Notes: a model not told the origin generated them from the letters alone. Positions 8,376 through 17,286 are shown, counted from the first letter of the stretch. The stretch: DNA of 32,000 nucleotides from Bacillota bacterium (GCA_023443745.1 JAEZTB010000042.1:110402-142401), one strand, 5' to 3'. Program-made: numbers and translations.

Positions 8376-10354
8376 TGGTTGGTTTAAATGCAATTTTTAA
8401 GCTCTTCGATGGTTATTCTTCTACCATCAATAAGATTATCCCCAAAACGGATGCGGCAACAAACAAAATACTGAATGCAAGCGGGGCTACTGATAAATTA
8501 AATGAAAAGCTTGCGGCTACCGGGGTCAGCGCAGGTTCTGCAGCTAAGGGATTGGATAAGACAGTCCAGAAGACTGATAAAATGGCTGATGACCTTTCAA
8601 ACGCAAGCGGAGCAACGGATAAACTGAACAAAAAGCTTGGAGCTACCGGGGCCGGTGCCAGTTCTGCAGCTGCTGGCCTCGGTAAATTTATAAAGGCGGC
8701 AATAACTCTTGCCATGTTAAAAAAAGGCATGGATATTGTTGATGAATATGCAAACACCTCCGCCCGGCTTGCTCTTATCAACGATGGCTTGCAAACTCAA
8801 GCTGAACTCCAGGATAAGGTATTTGCCTTAGCCGAAAGGTCAAGAGGTTCTTATAACGATATGGCATCTGCTATAGCAAAAATGGGATTGCTTGCTAAGG
8901 ATGCATTCACCGACAACGATGAGCTGCTAGCATTTACTGAGCTTGTACAAAAGAGCTTTAAGATTGGCGGAGCTGATACATCTGAGCAACAAGGTGCTAT
9001 GAGGCAATTATCCCAGGCTATGGCTTCCGGACGGCTCCAAGGTGATGAATTGGTATCCATTATGGAAAATGCTCCAATGATCTACGAAGCCATTGCAAAG
9101 TATACGGGTAAATCAAAGGGAGAACTAAAAAAGCTTTCGTCCGATGGTTTCATCACGTCACAGATAATCAAAGATTCGATGTTTATGGCTGCAGATGATA
9201 TAAATAGCAAGTTTGCGAGTATGCCAAAAACCTTTGCGGATGGCTGGACACGCATGAAAGATGGTGCATTAAAAGCCTTTGGCCCCGTTATGCAGAACAT
9301 AATTGCAATATTGAATCGCCCTGAAACAACAGCATTTATAGACGGCTTCACAAGCGGCCTAAACTTTATTGCATTTGCAATCAACATTATTATTAGCACA
9401 ATCGGTGAGGTGATAGACTTGATTTCTTACTTTTGGCCGGTAATTGAACCTATTCTTGTGGCAATAGGAGCTGCGCTGCTTTTGTGGGGTGTTACCCAGA
9501 TTCCTATGTTAATTACGAAGCTCTGGCTCATGGTCGCGCCTATTTTGGCACAAGCTGGAGCCTGGGCACTGGCAAATATGCCTATTTTGTTATTAGGTGC
9601 GGCTATCGGGTTGTTACTTTACGCAATACTGAAATTCGGGGATACTGTCATTGAAGTGGTTGGCGTAATCGGAGGGATATTTGGTGGTTTGTACGCTTTC
9701 ATGCTTAATGGTATAGCTGCTATGGTAAACCCATTTATATCATTTGCCGAGTTTTTTGCCAATGTGTTTAATAATCCGGTTTACAGTATTAAAAAGCTGT
9801 TTGTAGACCTTGCAACAAATGTCCTAAACCTTTTGCAGTCTATTGCAGAAGGTATTGATAACGTGCTGGGAAGTAATATGGCCGATGGTCTGCAAAATCT
9901 AAAAGACAATATGAGTGAATGGCTGGGTGATAAGCCAGAAAATTACAAAGAATTTACCAAAATGAAGATGGTCGACATTGCAGAGTACGCTAATAATGGA
10001 TACGATGTTGGCAAGCAAGCTGGCTCATGGGCAGTAAACGGTGTACAGGACATAGCAAGTAAGCTTGGTAACCTGTTTGGAATGTCAGAAAAAGGCACTG
10101 ACACTCCTGTGAAAGTTAAAGGTACAGGATCTGGTGGATCAGTTCAAGTTAATATGGCAGATGAGGATTTGCAATATCTCCGTGATATCGCTGAACGCGA
10201 CTATGTCGCGAATGTAGCCAATAATACTCTTGCCCCACAAGTCACTTTCCAGTTTGGTGACATCCGAGAAACAGCTGATGCTGATGCTATAAAAAAGAGG
10301 CTTGAGGAAATAATGAGAGAAGAAATTGCCGTTTCAAGCGAGGGGGTCTATTAA
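8375..10354 (+). CDS. Tail tape measure protein
   Basis: 659 aa and the longest tail gene. It has an Ala/Gly-rich repeated N-terminus and a long central hydrophobic block (aa ~325-470). TAATG overlap at both ends. Confidence 0.85.
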   Translation: MVGLNAIFKLFDGYSSTINKIIPKTDAATNKILNASGATDKLNEKLAATGVSAGSAAKGLDKTVQKTDKMADDLSNASGATDKLNKKLGATGAGASSAAAGLGKFIKAAITLAMLKKGMDIVDEYANTSARLALINDGLQTQAELQDKVFALAERSRGSYNDMASAIAKMGLLAKDAFTDNDELLAFTELVQKSFKIGGADTSEQQGAMRQLSQAMASGRLQGDELVSIMENAPMIYEAIAKYTGKSKGELKKLSSDGFITSQIIKDSMFMAADDINSKFASMPKTFADGWTRMKDGALKAFGPVMQNIIAILNRPETTAFIDGFTSGLNFIAFAINIIISTIGEVIDLISYFWPVIEPILVAIGAALLLWGVTQIPMLITKLWLMVAPILAQAGAWALANMPILLLGAAIGLLLYAILKFGDTVIEVVGVIGGIFGGLYAFMLNGIAAMVNPFISFAEFFANVFNNPVYSIKKLFVDLATNVLNLLQSIAEGIDNVLGSNMADGLQNLKDNMSEWLGDKPENYKEFTKMKMVDIAEYANNGYDVGKQAGSWAVNGVQDIASKLGNLFGMSEKGTDTPVKVKGTGSGGSVQVNMADEDLQYLRDIAERDYVANVANNTLAPQVTFQFGDIRETADADAIKKRLEEIMREEIAVSSEGVY

Positions 10355-11022
10355 TGTATGCGATATTCTTTGACAAAGATAACATAACTTATAGGCTCCC
10401 TGTTAATCCGGAGCATATTGAACAAAGCAGTTCCCAGGCTGTTGAGAAATATGAAATTCTCAAAGCTGGACAGATCGTGATTCCGACTCACATGGAGCTG
10501 AAGGAATTCAGCTTTGAATGTGAATTCCCTCATGAGCCAACTTACTATATTGAGACATCAGGAGGCTTTAAAGATGCGGATTTTTACTTGAATCTGTTCC
10601 AAAAGTGGCGTGACAGTCTCACGCCTGTGAGATTTATAGCCAGCAACGAAATTGGTGATGATATTAACCTCTTAGTTCTTATTAAAGAGTGTGGAATTAT
10701 AGAAAAAGCCGGAGAGGAAGGCGATAAATATGTCAAGTTCTCCTTGCTGGAATTTAGGGAGTATGGAAAGAAGTCTGCTGTTGTTGCTGTGTCTTCACAG
10801 CCAAATAAATTATTGGCAGTAAAAAAACAAGCTCCTGCTGCTAAGACCAACCCAAAGAGTAATGGCAATCATGTCGTAAAAGCTGGAGATACCCTATATA
10901 AGATTGCTAAATATTACTATAATGATGGATCCAAGTACATGAAGATTGTCAATGCCAACAAGGATAAAATAAAAAATCCGTCTCTGATCTATCCAGGCTG
11001 GAAGCTGGTGATCCCGGCGTGA
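10354..11022 (+). CDS. LysM-domain tail protein (XkdP-like)
   Basis: C-terminal LysM motif HVVKAGDTLYKIAKYYYNDGSKYMKIVNANKDKIKNPSLIYPGWKLVIP. Confidence 0.85.
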   Translation: MYAIFFDKDNITYRLPVNPEHIEQSSSQAVEKYEILKAGQIVIPTHMELKEFSFECEFPHEPTYYIETSGGFKDADFYLNLFQKWRDSLTPVRFIASNEIGDDINLLVLIKECGIIEKAGEEGDKYVKFSLLEFREYGKKSAVVAVSSQPNKLLAVKKQAPAAKTNPKSNGNHVVKAGDTLYKIAKYYYNDGSKYMKIVNANKDKIKNPSLIYPGWKLVIPA

Positions 11023-11963
11023 GTATGGAATTTGTTGTGCAGGTGGACGGTGAAGTGTATGAAATCAGTGAGCTGGTCACAAATGTATCCTACAAAGATG
11101 TTTTGAATGATGGCTGCAGCAAGCTTGAATTTTCCTACATTAACGATGACTTAGTAATAAAGAATGGTAGTGTTGTCAGGTTCAAATTTAATGATGCCAA
11201 TGTTTTTTATGGCCGTGTGTTCAAGTATAGCGGTAATAAAGGTAAAGAAATAAGCGTTACCGCATATGATCAGCTTCGGTATTGCAAAGCCCAGGATACT
11301 ATTGTTATAAAAAACGACACTGTAACAACTTTAGCATTTAAAATGTCAAATTATTTCGGTTTGCAAAAAGGCCATCTGACTGATACGGTGTACAAGCTGC
11401 CTACAAGCGTGCAAGATGATAAAACATGGCTGGATATTATCTATGCAAGTATTGCTGATACTCTTAGATTCACGGGCAGATTATATACCTTAAGGGATGA
11501 ATATGGCAGCCTTGCAGTTCGAAATCTGGATGAGCTCAGGCTTGACCTCGTGTTGGGGGATGAAAGTCTTGCCTATGATTACCAATATGAAAAATCTATT
11601 GACGAGAACTTCTATAACCAAATAAAGCTGGCTTCTGACAACGAGTCTACTAAGAAAAGAGAGATCCATATAGCTAAAGATAGTGGTTCTATAGCAACTT
11701 ATGGCCTCCTGCAATATTTTGAAGTTCTAGACAAAAAGGCAAATGCGTCCCAAGCAAAGTTAAAAGCAGATATGCTTTTAAAGCTTTACAACAGAGTTGC
11801 AGAATCAATTAGCCTGGAATGTATGGGAGATACAAGAGTAAGGGCCGGATCTAGCGTTTATGGTCAGATTGATGATATCAAGCTTAATAAAAGGCTGATT
11901 GTCAGGTCTGTTACTCATAAATATCTACCCTCGCACACCATGAGCATTGAGGTGATGTTATGA
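11019..11963 (+). CDS. Baseplate hub / late-control-D-like protein (XkdQ-like)
   Basis: 314 aa. GTGA overlap start (ATG 11025 is an alternative). Call rests on synteny after the LysM protein. Confidence 0.6.
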   Translation: MSMEFVVQVDGEVYEISELVTNVSYKDVLNDGCSKLEFSYINDDLVIKNGSVVRFKFNDANVFYGRVFKYSGNKGKEISVTAYDQLRYCKAQDTIVIKNDTVTTLAFKMSNYFGLQKGHLTDTVYKLPTSVQDDKTWLDIIYASIADTLRFTGRLYTLRDEYGSLAVRNLDELRLDLVLGDESLAYDYQYEKSIDENFYNQIKLASDNESTKKREIHIAKDSGSIATYGLLQYFEVLDKKANASQAKLKADMLLKLYNRVAESISLECMGDTRVRAGSSVYGQIDDIKLNKRLIVRSVTHKYLPSHTMSIEVML

Positions 11964-12274
11964 TAAACGAAATAAAGGTAGTAGTTCAAAATTACCTAAA
12001 TAACGCAAAGCTAACAAGCCTTGTGGACGGTATTGCTACCACTGACGGTATTAAGGTAAGTGATAAGCTTACTATCCCAATGGAGCTTATAAAAGGTAAT
12101 TTGAAAGATTACACAGCTGTTGGCGATCGGGTAAGGCTTATTCGCAATCACGGAGGCCAGGAATTTTATATTGTAGAGATCATCGGCAAGCATTTCATTA
12201 CAAAGGGCTGCACTGTCAGCCTCACCTTGAATGGACATACCGGTGATTACAAGGTGGAGGACGTGAAAAAATGA
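11960..12274 (+). CDS. Small baseplate protein (XkdR-like, DUF2577-type)
   Basis: 104 aa with a GAGGTGA RBS and ATGA overlap. Call rests on synteny. Confidence 0.5.
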   Translation: MINEIKVVVQNYLNNAKLTSLVDGIATTDGIKVSDKLTIPMELIKGNLKDYTAVGDRVRLIRNHGGQEFYIVEIIGKHFITKGCTVSLTLNGHTGDYKVEDVKK

Positions 12275-12666
12275 TACCTAAATCGCTTATAGATGCAAAT
12301 ATTACTATTATAGATACCACAGAAACAACAAGTACATACAAAATATCAGGTGCCCGGATTCAAGGGTCTACAGATAGTTTAAACGCATTACAGCAAGCTA
12401 TATATAAGGTGCTCCAAACTGAAAAATACGAGTATCCCATATATAGCTTTAATTATGGCGTAGAATTAGAAAGCCTTATTGGAAAGGATTTAGCCTATAT
12501 CAAGGTTGAGCTGAAGCGCAGGATCCGGGAGTGTCTTCTACAGGATGAGAGAATTAAAGATGTTGAGAATTTCAATTATCAGAGCACCGGCGATAGTTTG
12601 CTCTGCTCTTTTGTTGTTACCAGCATATATGGCAATATCTCTGTTTCAAAGGAAGTGAGTTTTTAA
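12271..12666 (+). CDS. Baseplate wedge protein (XkdS-like, DUF2634-type)
   Basis: 131 aa with ATGA overlap. Call rests on synteny, directly before the baseplate J-like gene. Confidence 0.5.
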   Translation: MIPKSLIDANITIIDTTETTSTYKISGARIQGSTDSLNALQQAIYKVLQTEKYEYPIYSFNYGVELESLIGKDLAYIKVELKRRIRECLLQDERIKDVENFNYQSTGDSLLCSFVVTSIYGNISVSKEVSF

Positions 12667-13685
12667 TGTTTGAGAATATGACCTATGAAAGCTTATTAAA
12701 TGATATGCTCAGCCGTGTTACAAGCGATGTTGACAAAAGAGAAGGCAGTATTATCTATGATGCCCTTGCCCCCTGCGCTTTGAAGCTGGCCGAAACTTAT
12801 TTCAACCTTATGAACTTCATTGACCTTGTATCCGGTGACACGGCAGTTGGTAATTACCTTGACCGGGTTGTTGCGGATTATGGTATTTCAAGAAAGGCAG
12901 CCACACACTCTATAAGAAAAATCGAAACCACCGGGGCTGTTGATATAAACACACGCTGGGGTATTAATGGTGTAACCTATAAAATAACCGCCTTACTCTC
13001 ACCTAATGTTTACAGTGCCATTTGCGAACAGGTCGGAGAAATAGGCAACTTGTACAGTGGAATGCTTGACAATATTGATGATGTATCCGGCATCATAGCA
13101 ACCTTGACAGATATAATGGCTTCCGGAGTTGAAGAGGAAACTGATGATAATCTAAGAGCCCGGTTCTTTACTCAAATTCAAGCACCATCTACATCCGGAA
13201 ATGCAGACAATTATATTAAGTGGGCACTTGATGTGCCTGGTGTAGGAAAAGTAAGGGTATTTCCTTTGTGGAATGGTCCCGGCACCGTAAAAGTACTCAT
13301 AGTGGACAGTAACATGGAGGTAGATGAAACCCTTGAACCAAAAGTGGCAGAGCACATTGAATCTGTAAGACCTATAGGAGCAGCGGTGACTGTGGAGAGT
13401 CCAGCAGATAAAATAATTAACATCGCCGCTAACGTCATGCTTGATGGCTCCGTGGCAATTGCCGATGTTATAGCGTTATTTACGGCTGAGTGTTCCAAAT
13501 ATCTCAAGAGCATGGTATTTGAAACCTATATTGTTAGCTATGCCAAAATAGGCAGCTTACTATTGGCTACCCCTGGTGTTAAGGATTATACCGGCCTTCT
13601 TATAAACGATGATACGGCTAATATAATCATATCTGATGCAGAAATGCCCATATCCGGAACGATAACTCTGACAGGGGTGATATAG
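12666..13685 (+). CDS. Baseplate J-like protein (XkdT-like)
   Basis: 339 aa with TAATG overlap. Size and position are typical of Baseplate_J family proteins. Confidence 0.7.
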   Translation: MFENMTYESLLNDMLSRVTSDVDKREGSIIYDALAPCALKLAETYFNLMNFIDLVSGDTAVGNYLDRVVADYGISRKAATHSIRKIETTGAVDINTRWGINGVTYKITALLSPNVYSAICEQVGEIGNLYSGMLDNIDDVSGIIATLTDIMASGVEEETDDNLRARFFTQIQAPSTSGNADNYIKWALDVPGVGKVRVFPLWNGPGTVKVLIVDSNMEVDETLEPKVAEHIESVRPIGAAVTVESPADKIINIAANVMLDGSVAIADVIALFTAECSKYLKSMVFETYIVSYAKIGSLLLATPGVKDYTGLLINDDTANIIISDAEMPISGTITLTGVI

Positions 13686-13686
13686 G

Positions 13687-14223
13687 ATGAAGCTTATAGA
13701 TCTCCTGCCGGATTACTATGCCGAGAATATCACAATGGAAGAACTACAGCGGATACTTACAAATAACATCAATTCTTTGGCCAAAAGTTTTGATAAAACA
13801 ATTGACGAATGCTTTGTGAACACGGCATCTGCCCTCTTATCTCGCTATGAAAGGATCTACGGTCTTAAGGTTGATGTATCAAAATCTGATGAATTTAGGC
13901 GCGAGCGGATCAAGGCTAAGATAAGGGGTATCGGCACCGTAACTAAACAGATGATCATTGATGTAGCCAGATCCTACAGCAACGGTGAAGTGGCGGTCAT
14001 TGAGGATCCGGCAAATTATAGCTTTAAAGTAAAATTTGTAGGAACTGTGGGTATTCCGGCAAATATGGCAGACCTGACGCTTTCAATCAATTCAATCAAG
14101 CCTGCTCATTTGATTTATACATTTGAATATATTTACCGTACCAACATGGATATACATGGCCTTACCCATCTGCAATTAAGCACAAAGACACATAATAAAA
14201 TACGAGAAGGAGTGTTAGACTAA
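13687..14223 (+). CDS. Baseplate/tail-fibre-associated protein (XkdU / YmfQ-like, DUF2313-type)
   Basis: 178 aa. The N-terminus MKLIDLLPDYY... resembles this family. Position between the baseplate J and fibre genes fits. Confidence 0.55.
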   Translation: MKLIDLLPDYYAENITMEELQRILTNNINSLAKSFDKTIDECFVNTASALLSRYERIYGLKVDVSKSDEFRRERIKAKIRGIGTVTKQMIIDVARSYSNGEVAVIEDPANYSFKVKFVGTVGIPANMADLTLSINSIKPAHLIYTFEYIYRTNMDIHGLTHLQLSTKTHNKIREGVLD

Positions 14224-15612
14224 ATGGCATCAAATACGGCAAATTACAATCTATCTAAACCCGGTCAGGAAGATTATTACAACATAGATATACAAAATAG
14301 CAATATGGATGTGATTGATGCTGCTCTTACTCCAACGGCGGATCCGGATCAAGCTCCAATTGGATTAACCGGAAAAATAGTACAGTGGGTAAGCTGGATT
14401 GTCAACCGAATTAAGGCTATAACTGGAAAGGCTAATTGGTATGATGCTCCAGCGACCACCCTCGAAGCAGCCAAGGTACATGCCGATGCAGCTGCTCCCC
14501 ACTCCGGCCATGAGACTCCTGCAGGGGCTCAGACAAAAGTTAATACTTCAATGACTGCCCATATCAATACTTCAGATCCACATTCACAGTATGCCTTGGA
14601 TACAGATGTGGCCGGAATACAGAACACATTTAATTCGCATATGGCAGATTATGTGCGGCAAGCTGGGTACGGAACTGCTACAGGTACTAATGCACTAGTA
14701 ATCACGCTCAACCCTGCTCCAACTGCATATTTAGATGGTATGGCTATAAGCTTTAAAAATACCACTCAGAACACAGGCACAGTAACGATCAATGTTAATG
14801 GGCTAGGTGCTAAGAGCGTTTTGAAATCAAATGGATTAGCACTAGCTTCTGGTAATTTAAAGGCTAACAGCGTATACACAATACGCTATAATGGCTCAAA
14901 TTTTATATTACAGGGTGAAGGAGGTGATGAAAGGCAAGGAGATAATGTTGCCTTAGCAATGTCACTCTCTGGAACCACATTAAAATTAAGAGCGCCTGAA
15001 GGTATTTATGATGGCATTGATGATAACGTTACGTATAATGAGCCTAATCTATTAGCTACCAACATAGCAGAAGGTATACCTATGTTTGGGTTGGTTGGCA
15101 CACACAAAAATATAGGTGTAAAAAGTGTACAACGAGGTTCTACACAATTACAGGCTGGTGTATCATATGTGGATATTACAATAAGCAGTGTAGACTTAAA
15201 TAAGGCTATACCCATGCTTACAAGCTCCCCAGGGTATGGTAATACGGAGAGTACTGTTACTTTAGAAATAATAGGTTATACAACTTTAAGAATAAGCCGA
15301 AAATCAAACCCGGACTACGCTGGAGAATTGTTATTTTGGCAAGTCGTGGAATTTGAAGGACTCAAATCTCTCCAAAAGGGGAGTATTACAGCAAGTTCTC
15401 CAGACTATCCGAATGATCCTATTGTTGATGTTACTGTGTCCAGTGTAAACATATCAAAATCTATATTATTCGCAACTATACACCATAACGTAGGTGGTTC
15501 ACCGTCATATGCTAGTGCTATGCTCATTAATGCTACAACAATAAGATTTTACGGTTTTAAAAGACCATCTTATACTTCGACAGGAGTTTATTATTTAGCA
15601 GAATTTAATTAA
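14224..15612 (+). CDS. Tail fibre / receptor-binding protein
   Basis: 462 aa. Conserved fibre N-terminus (ANYNLSKPGQEDYYNIDIQNSNMDVIDAAL; HSGHETPAGAQTKV...DPHSQY) and a C-terminal duplicated ~81-aa domain. Confidence 0.7.
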   Translation: MASNTANYNLSKPGQEDYYNIDIQNSNMDVIDAALTPTADPDQAPIGLTGKIVQWVSWIVNRIKAITGKANWYDAPATTLEAAKVHADAAAPHSGHETPAGAQTKVNTSMTAHINTSDPHSQYALDTDVAGIQNTFNSHMADYVRQAGYGTATGTNALVITLNPAPTAYLDGMAISFKNTTQNTGTVTINVNGLGAKSVLKSNGLALASGNLKANSVYTIRYNGSNFILQGEGGDERQGDNVALAMSLSGTTLKLRAPEGIYDGIDDNVTYNEPNLLATNIAEGIPMFGLVGTHKNIGVKSVQRGSTQLQAGVSYVDITISSVDLNKAIPMLTSSPGYGNTESTVTLEIIGYTTLRISRKSNPDYAGELLFWQVVEFEGLKSLQKGSITASSPDYPNDPIVDVTVSSVNISKSILFATIHHNVGGSPSYASAMLINATTIRFYGFKRPSYTSTGVYYLAEFN

Positions 15613-15628
15613 AGAAAGGATTGTTAAA

Positions 15629-15907
15629 ATGGTACATTTAGCAGAATTAAATGAGAATGGCATCTGTATCGGTACTAAAACGGTGAAAGAGTTTATTAAT
15701 GACGGACATCATGTTGAAGTTGAATCTCCTGATTTTGTAAACTTCTCATGGAGGAAGTATCAGGATGGCACTTGGTCAAGTGAAAAATTTGAGCCTACAA
15801 GTACTGCTCCCCTTACTGAGTTTGAACAATTAAAATCCAGCACACAACTAATGGAAAAGCAAATATCAGACCTTAATATTGCAATGGCTCAAATGATGGG
15901 GGTGTAA
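15629..15907 (+). CDS. Hypothetical fibre-associated protein (XkdW position)
   Basis: 92 aa with an AAAGGA RBS, co-oriented directly after the fibre gene. Confidence 0.45.
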   Translation: MVHLAELNENGICIGTKTVKEFINDGHHVEVESPDFVNFSWRKYQDGTWSSEKFEPTSTAPLTEFEQLKSSTQLMEKQISDLNIAMAQMMGV

Positions 15908-15911
15908 GAAT

Positions 15912-16052
15912 ATGCCAGCATGGAAGTTAAATATTTTTGTGAATGCCATTAAGGCAAGGATGGCACAAGAAAGCCGTACAGCAGAAGATATCATTCAAGA
16001 GTACACTAAGCTCACAGAGACAGAAAAGGTTGAGATTTTAGCGGCAATATAG
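15912..16052 (+). CDS. XkdX-like small protein (46 aa, below the ORF-track cutoff)
   Basis: Translates as MPAWKLNIFVNAIKARMAQESRTAEDIIQEYTKLTETEKVEILAAI. The ATG lies 4 nt after the upstream stop. Size and position match the XkdX-family genes that follow fibre genes. Confidence 0.5.
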   Translation: MPAWKLNIFVNAIKARMAQESRTAEDIIQEYTKLTETEKVEILAAI

Positions 16053-16107
16053 GACGCATAAGGATATGAATACGGCCTAAAATTCTACACAAAATAGCAA
16101 AGATTTC

Positions 16108-16136
16108 TTGTAAATAGAACAAATGTTCGATATAAT
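16108..16136 (+). promoter_or_regulatory. Sigma-A type promoter TTGTAA-17 nt-TATAAT
   Basis: -35 at 16108-16113, -10 at 16131-16136, spacer exactly 17 nt. It lies in the 241-bp non-coding gap upstream of the recombinase gene. Confidence 0.6.
16116..16129. promoter_or_regulatory. LexA (Cheo/SOS) box aGAACAAATGTTCg inside the promoter spacer
   Basis: GAAC-N4-GTTC at 16117-16128 matches the Firmicute LexA consensus CGAACATATGTTCG at 12 of 14 positions, with both half-sites perfect. Confidence 0.6.
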
Positions 16137-16142
16137 TAATGC

Positions 16143-16296
16143 AAGGTCTTTGCTATAAATAATTTCATATAGCAAAGGGAGCCTCCCGGCTGGTATCCGG
16201 TTAGCTCCCTCACACAGACCCCTACGTAGGAGGGGAAATGTGCTTGCGCTATAATTATAACATTCTGCCTCCTGCGTATCAATAGGAGGCTTTTTG
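16143..16296 (+). ncRNA. Structured ~150-nt 5' leader or small RNA, unclassified
   Basis: Four successive hairpins: 16148-16177 (CTTTGCTAT/ATAGCAAAG), 16176-16210 (AGGGAGC..CCGG-7nt-CCGG..GCTCCCT), 16219-16235 (CCCCT/AGGGG) and 16267-16290 plus a T-run. The 5' end is inferred from the promoter. Confidence 0.4.
16267..16295 (+). terminator. Terminator-like hairpin that contains the recombinase RBS
   Basis: GCCTCCT-10 nt-AGGAGGC followed by TTTTT. The right arm AGGAGG (16284-16289) lies 7 nt upstream of ATG 16297. Confidence 0.55.
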
Positions 16297-17286
16297 ATGA
16301 AAGAGGAACTTATTGTTAGGATCCTCACCCGCGCGTCTGAATTTCTGGATGATGTCCAGGTCAAGCAGCTCAGGCTTGTTCTTGACGAAGAATTCTACCA
16401 TGTACGTATTACATCAGAGTGTACAGATCTTGTAGTAACAGAAAACACACCTGGGAAGGTGATGTTATTTTTAGCTGCAAAAAAGCTTGATGGGATGAGC
16501 ATTAATACTATTAAAAATTATGCCATCATTCTCCGACGATTTTGTAACGTGGTACATAAGGATATTGAACAGATTACCTCTATGGATATCCGGATGTTTT
16601 TGGCATTACGAAGCAAAGACGGACTCAAGAAAAGTTCTATGGCTTCTACTATTGCTGCGCTGAAAAGCTTCTTCTCTTGGTTAGAAAATGAAGACTACCT
16701 TGTAAAAAGCCCAATGAGAAAAATCAAGAACATCAAGGTTGAAAAACGGCTCCGCAAGGCTTTATCACGGGAAGAGCTCGAAATGCTGCGTGATACGGCT
16801 AAAACTATAAGAGAAAAAGCTTTGCTTGAATTCTTTTATTCAACCGCCTGTAGGCTTGATGAAGCACAGACGCTTAATTTATCTGATATTGATTGGGTGA
16901 ATAATCAAGTAAGAGTTATCGGCAAAGGTAATAAGGAAAGAATAGTCTTCCTCAACGCGCGTGCCAGATTGCATTTAAAAAAATACCTTAAATCTCGAAA
17001 AGATAGCTGTGAAGCATTATTTGTCAGCGAAAGACTTCCACATGATAGACTTGGTCGGCGCGCAATTGAAAAAACTTTTACAGAACTCGGCATAAAAGCT
17101 GGGTTGCCTAAAAAGCTTTTTCCTCATCTAATGCGGCATACAACAGCTACACATATGCTCCAAGGCGGCGCAACATTAGAAGAGGTGCAAAATTACCTAG
17201 GCCATGACAGTCCGGCCACTACCCAGGTCTACACTCAAATTAGCACAGATGCAATTAAACAAAGTCATTTAAAACATGTTATTTGA
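16297..17286 (+). CDS. Tyrosine site-specific recombinase / phage integrase (XerC/XerD-like)
   Basis: N-terminal SAM-like domain, then catalytic residues: R in STACRLDE, K in GKGNKER, HLMRHT (H-x-x-R), LGHDS, and Y in TQVYTQ. ATG 16297 is preferred over TTG 16294. Confidence 0.9.
   Translation: MKEELIVRILTRASEFLDDVQVKQLRLVLDEEFYHVRITSECTDLVVTENTPGKVMLFLAAKKLDGMSINTIKNYAIILRRFCNVVHKDIEQITSMDIRMFLALRSKDGLKKSSMASTIAALKSFFSWLENEDYLVKSPMRKIKNIKVEKRLRKALSREELEMLRDTAKTIREKALLEFFYSTACRLDEAQTLNLSDIDWVNNQVRVIGKGNKERIVFLNARARLHLKKYLKSRKDSCEALFVSERLPHDRLGRRAIEKTFTELGIKAGLPKKLFPHLMRHTTATHMLQGGATLEEVQNYLGHDSPATTQVYTQISTDAIKQSHLKHVI

Noticed and set aside
7794-8781. - strand ORFs of 133 aa (7794..8195) and 122 aa (8413..8781)
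   Set aside because: They lie entirely antisense to the chaperone and tape measure genes within a tightly coupled + strand operon. The translations are low-complexity.
16169-16210. Resemblance of AGCAAAGGGAGCCUCCCGGC to the ACGCAAAGCCUCCGGCC segment of c-di-GMP-I (GEMM-I) riboswitches
   Set aside because: Only this short stretch is similar. I could not find the upstream GNRA-tetraloop hairpin or the other conserved positions, so I leave it unclassified pending an Infernal search.
14224-16293. Shufflon or invertible tail-fibre switch driven by the adjacent tyrosine recombinase
   Set aside because: No alternative fibre C-terminal segments or credible ORFs on the - strand, and I could see no long inverted repeats bracketing fibre DNA. 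The only inverted repeats (16094-16156) enclose just 43 bp, which is too short for an inverton.
16077-16364. 95-aa ORF on the - strand spanning the promoter/leader and the recombinase start
   Set aside because: It has no RBS, it overlaps a strongly supported CDS start and regulatory hairpins, and its composition looks like non-coding translation.
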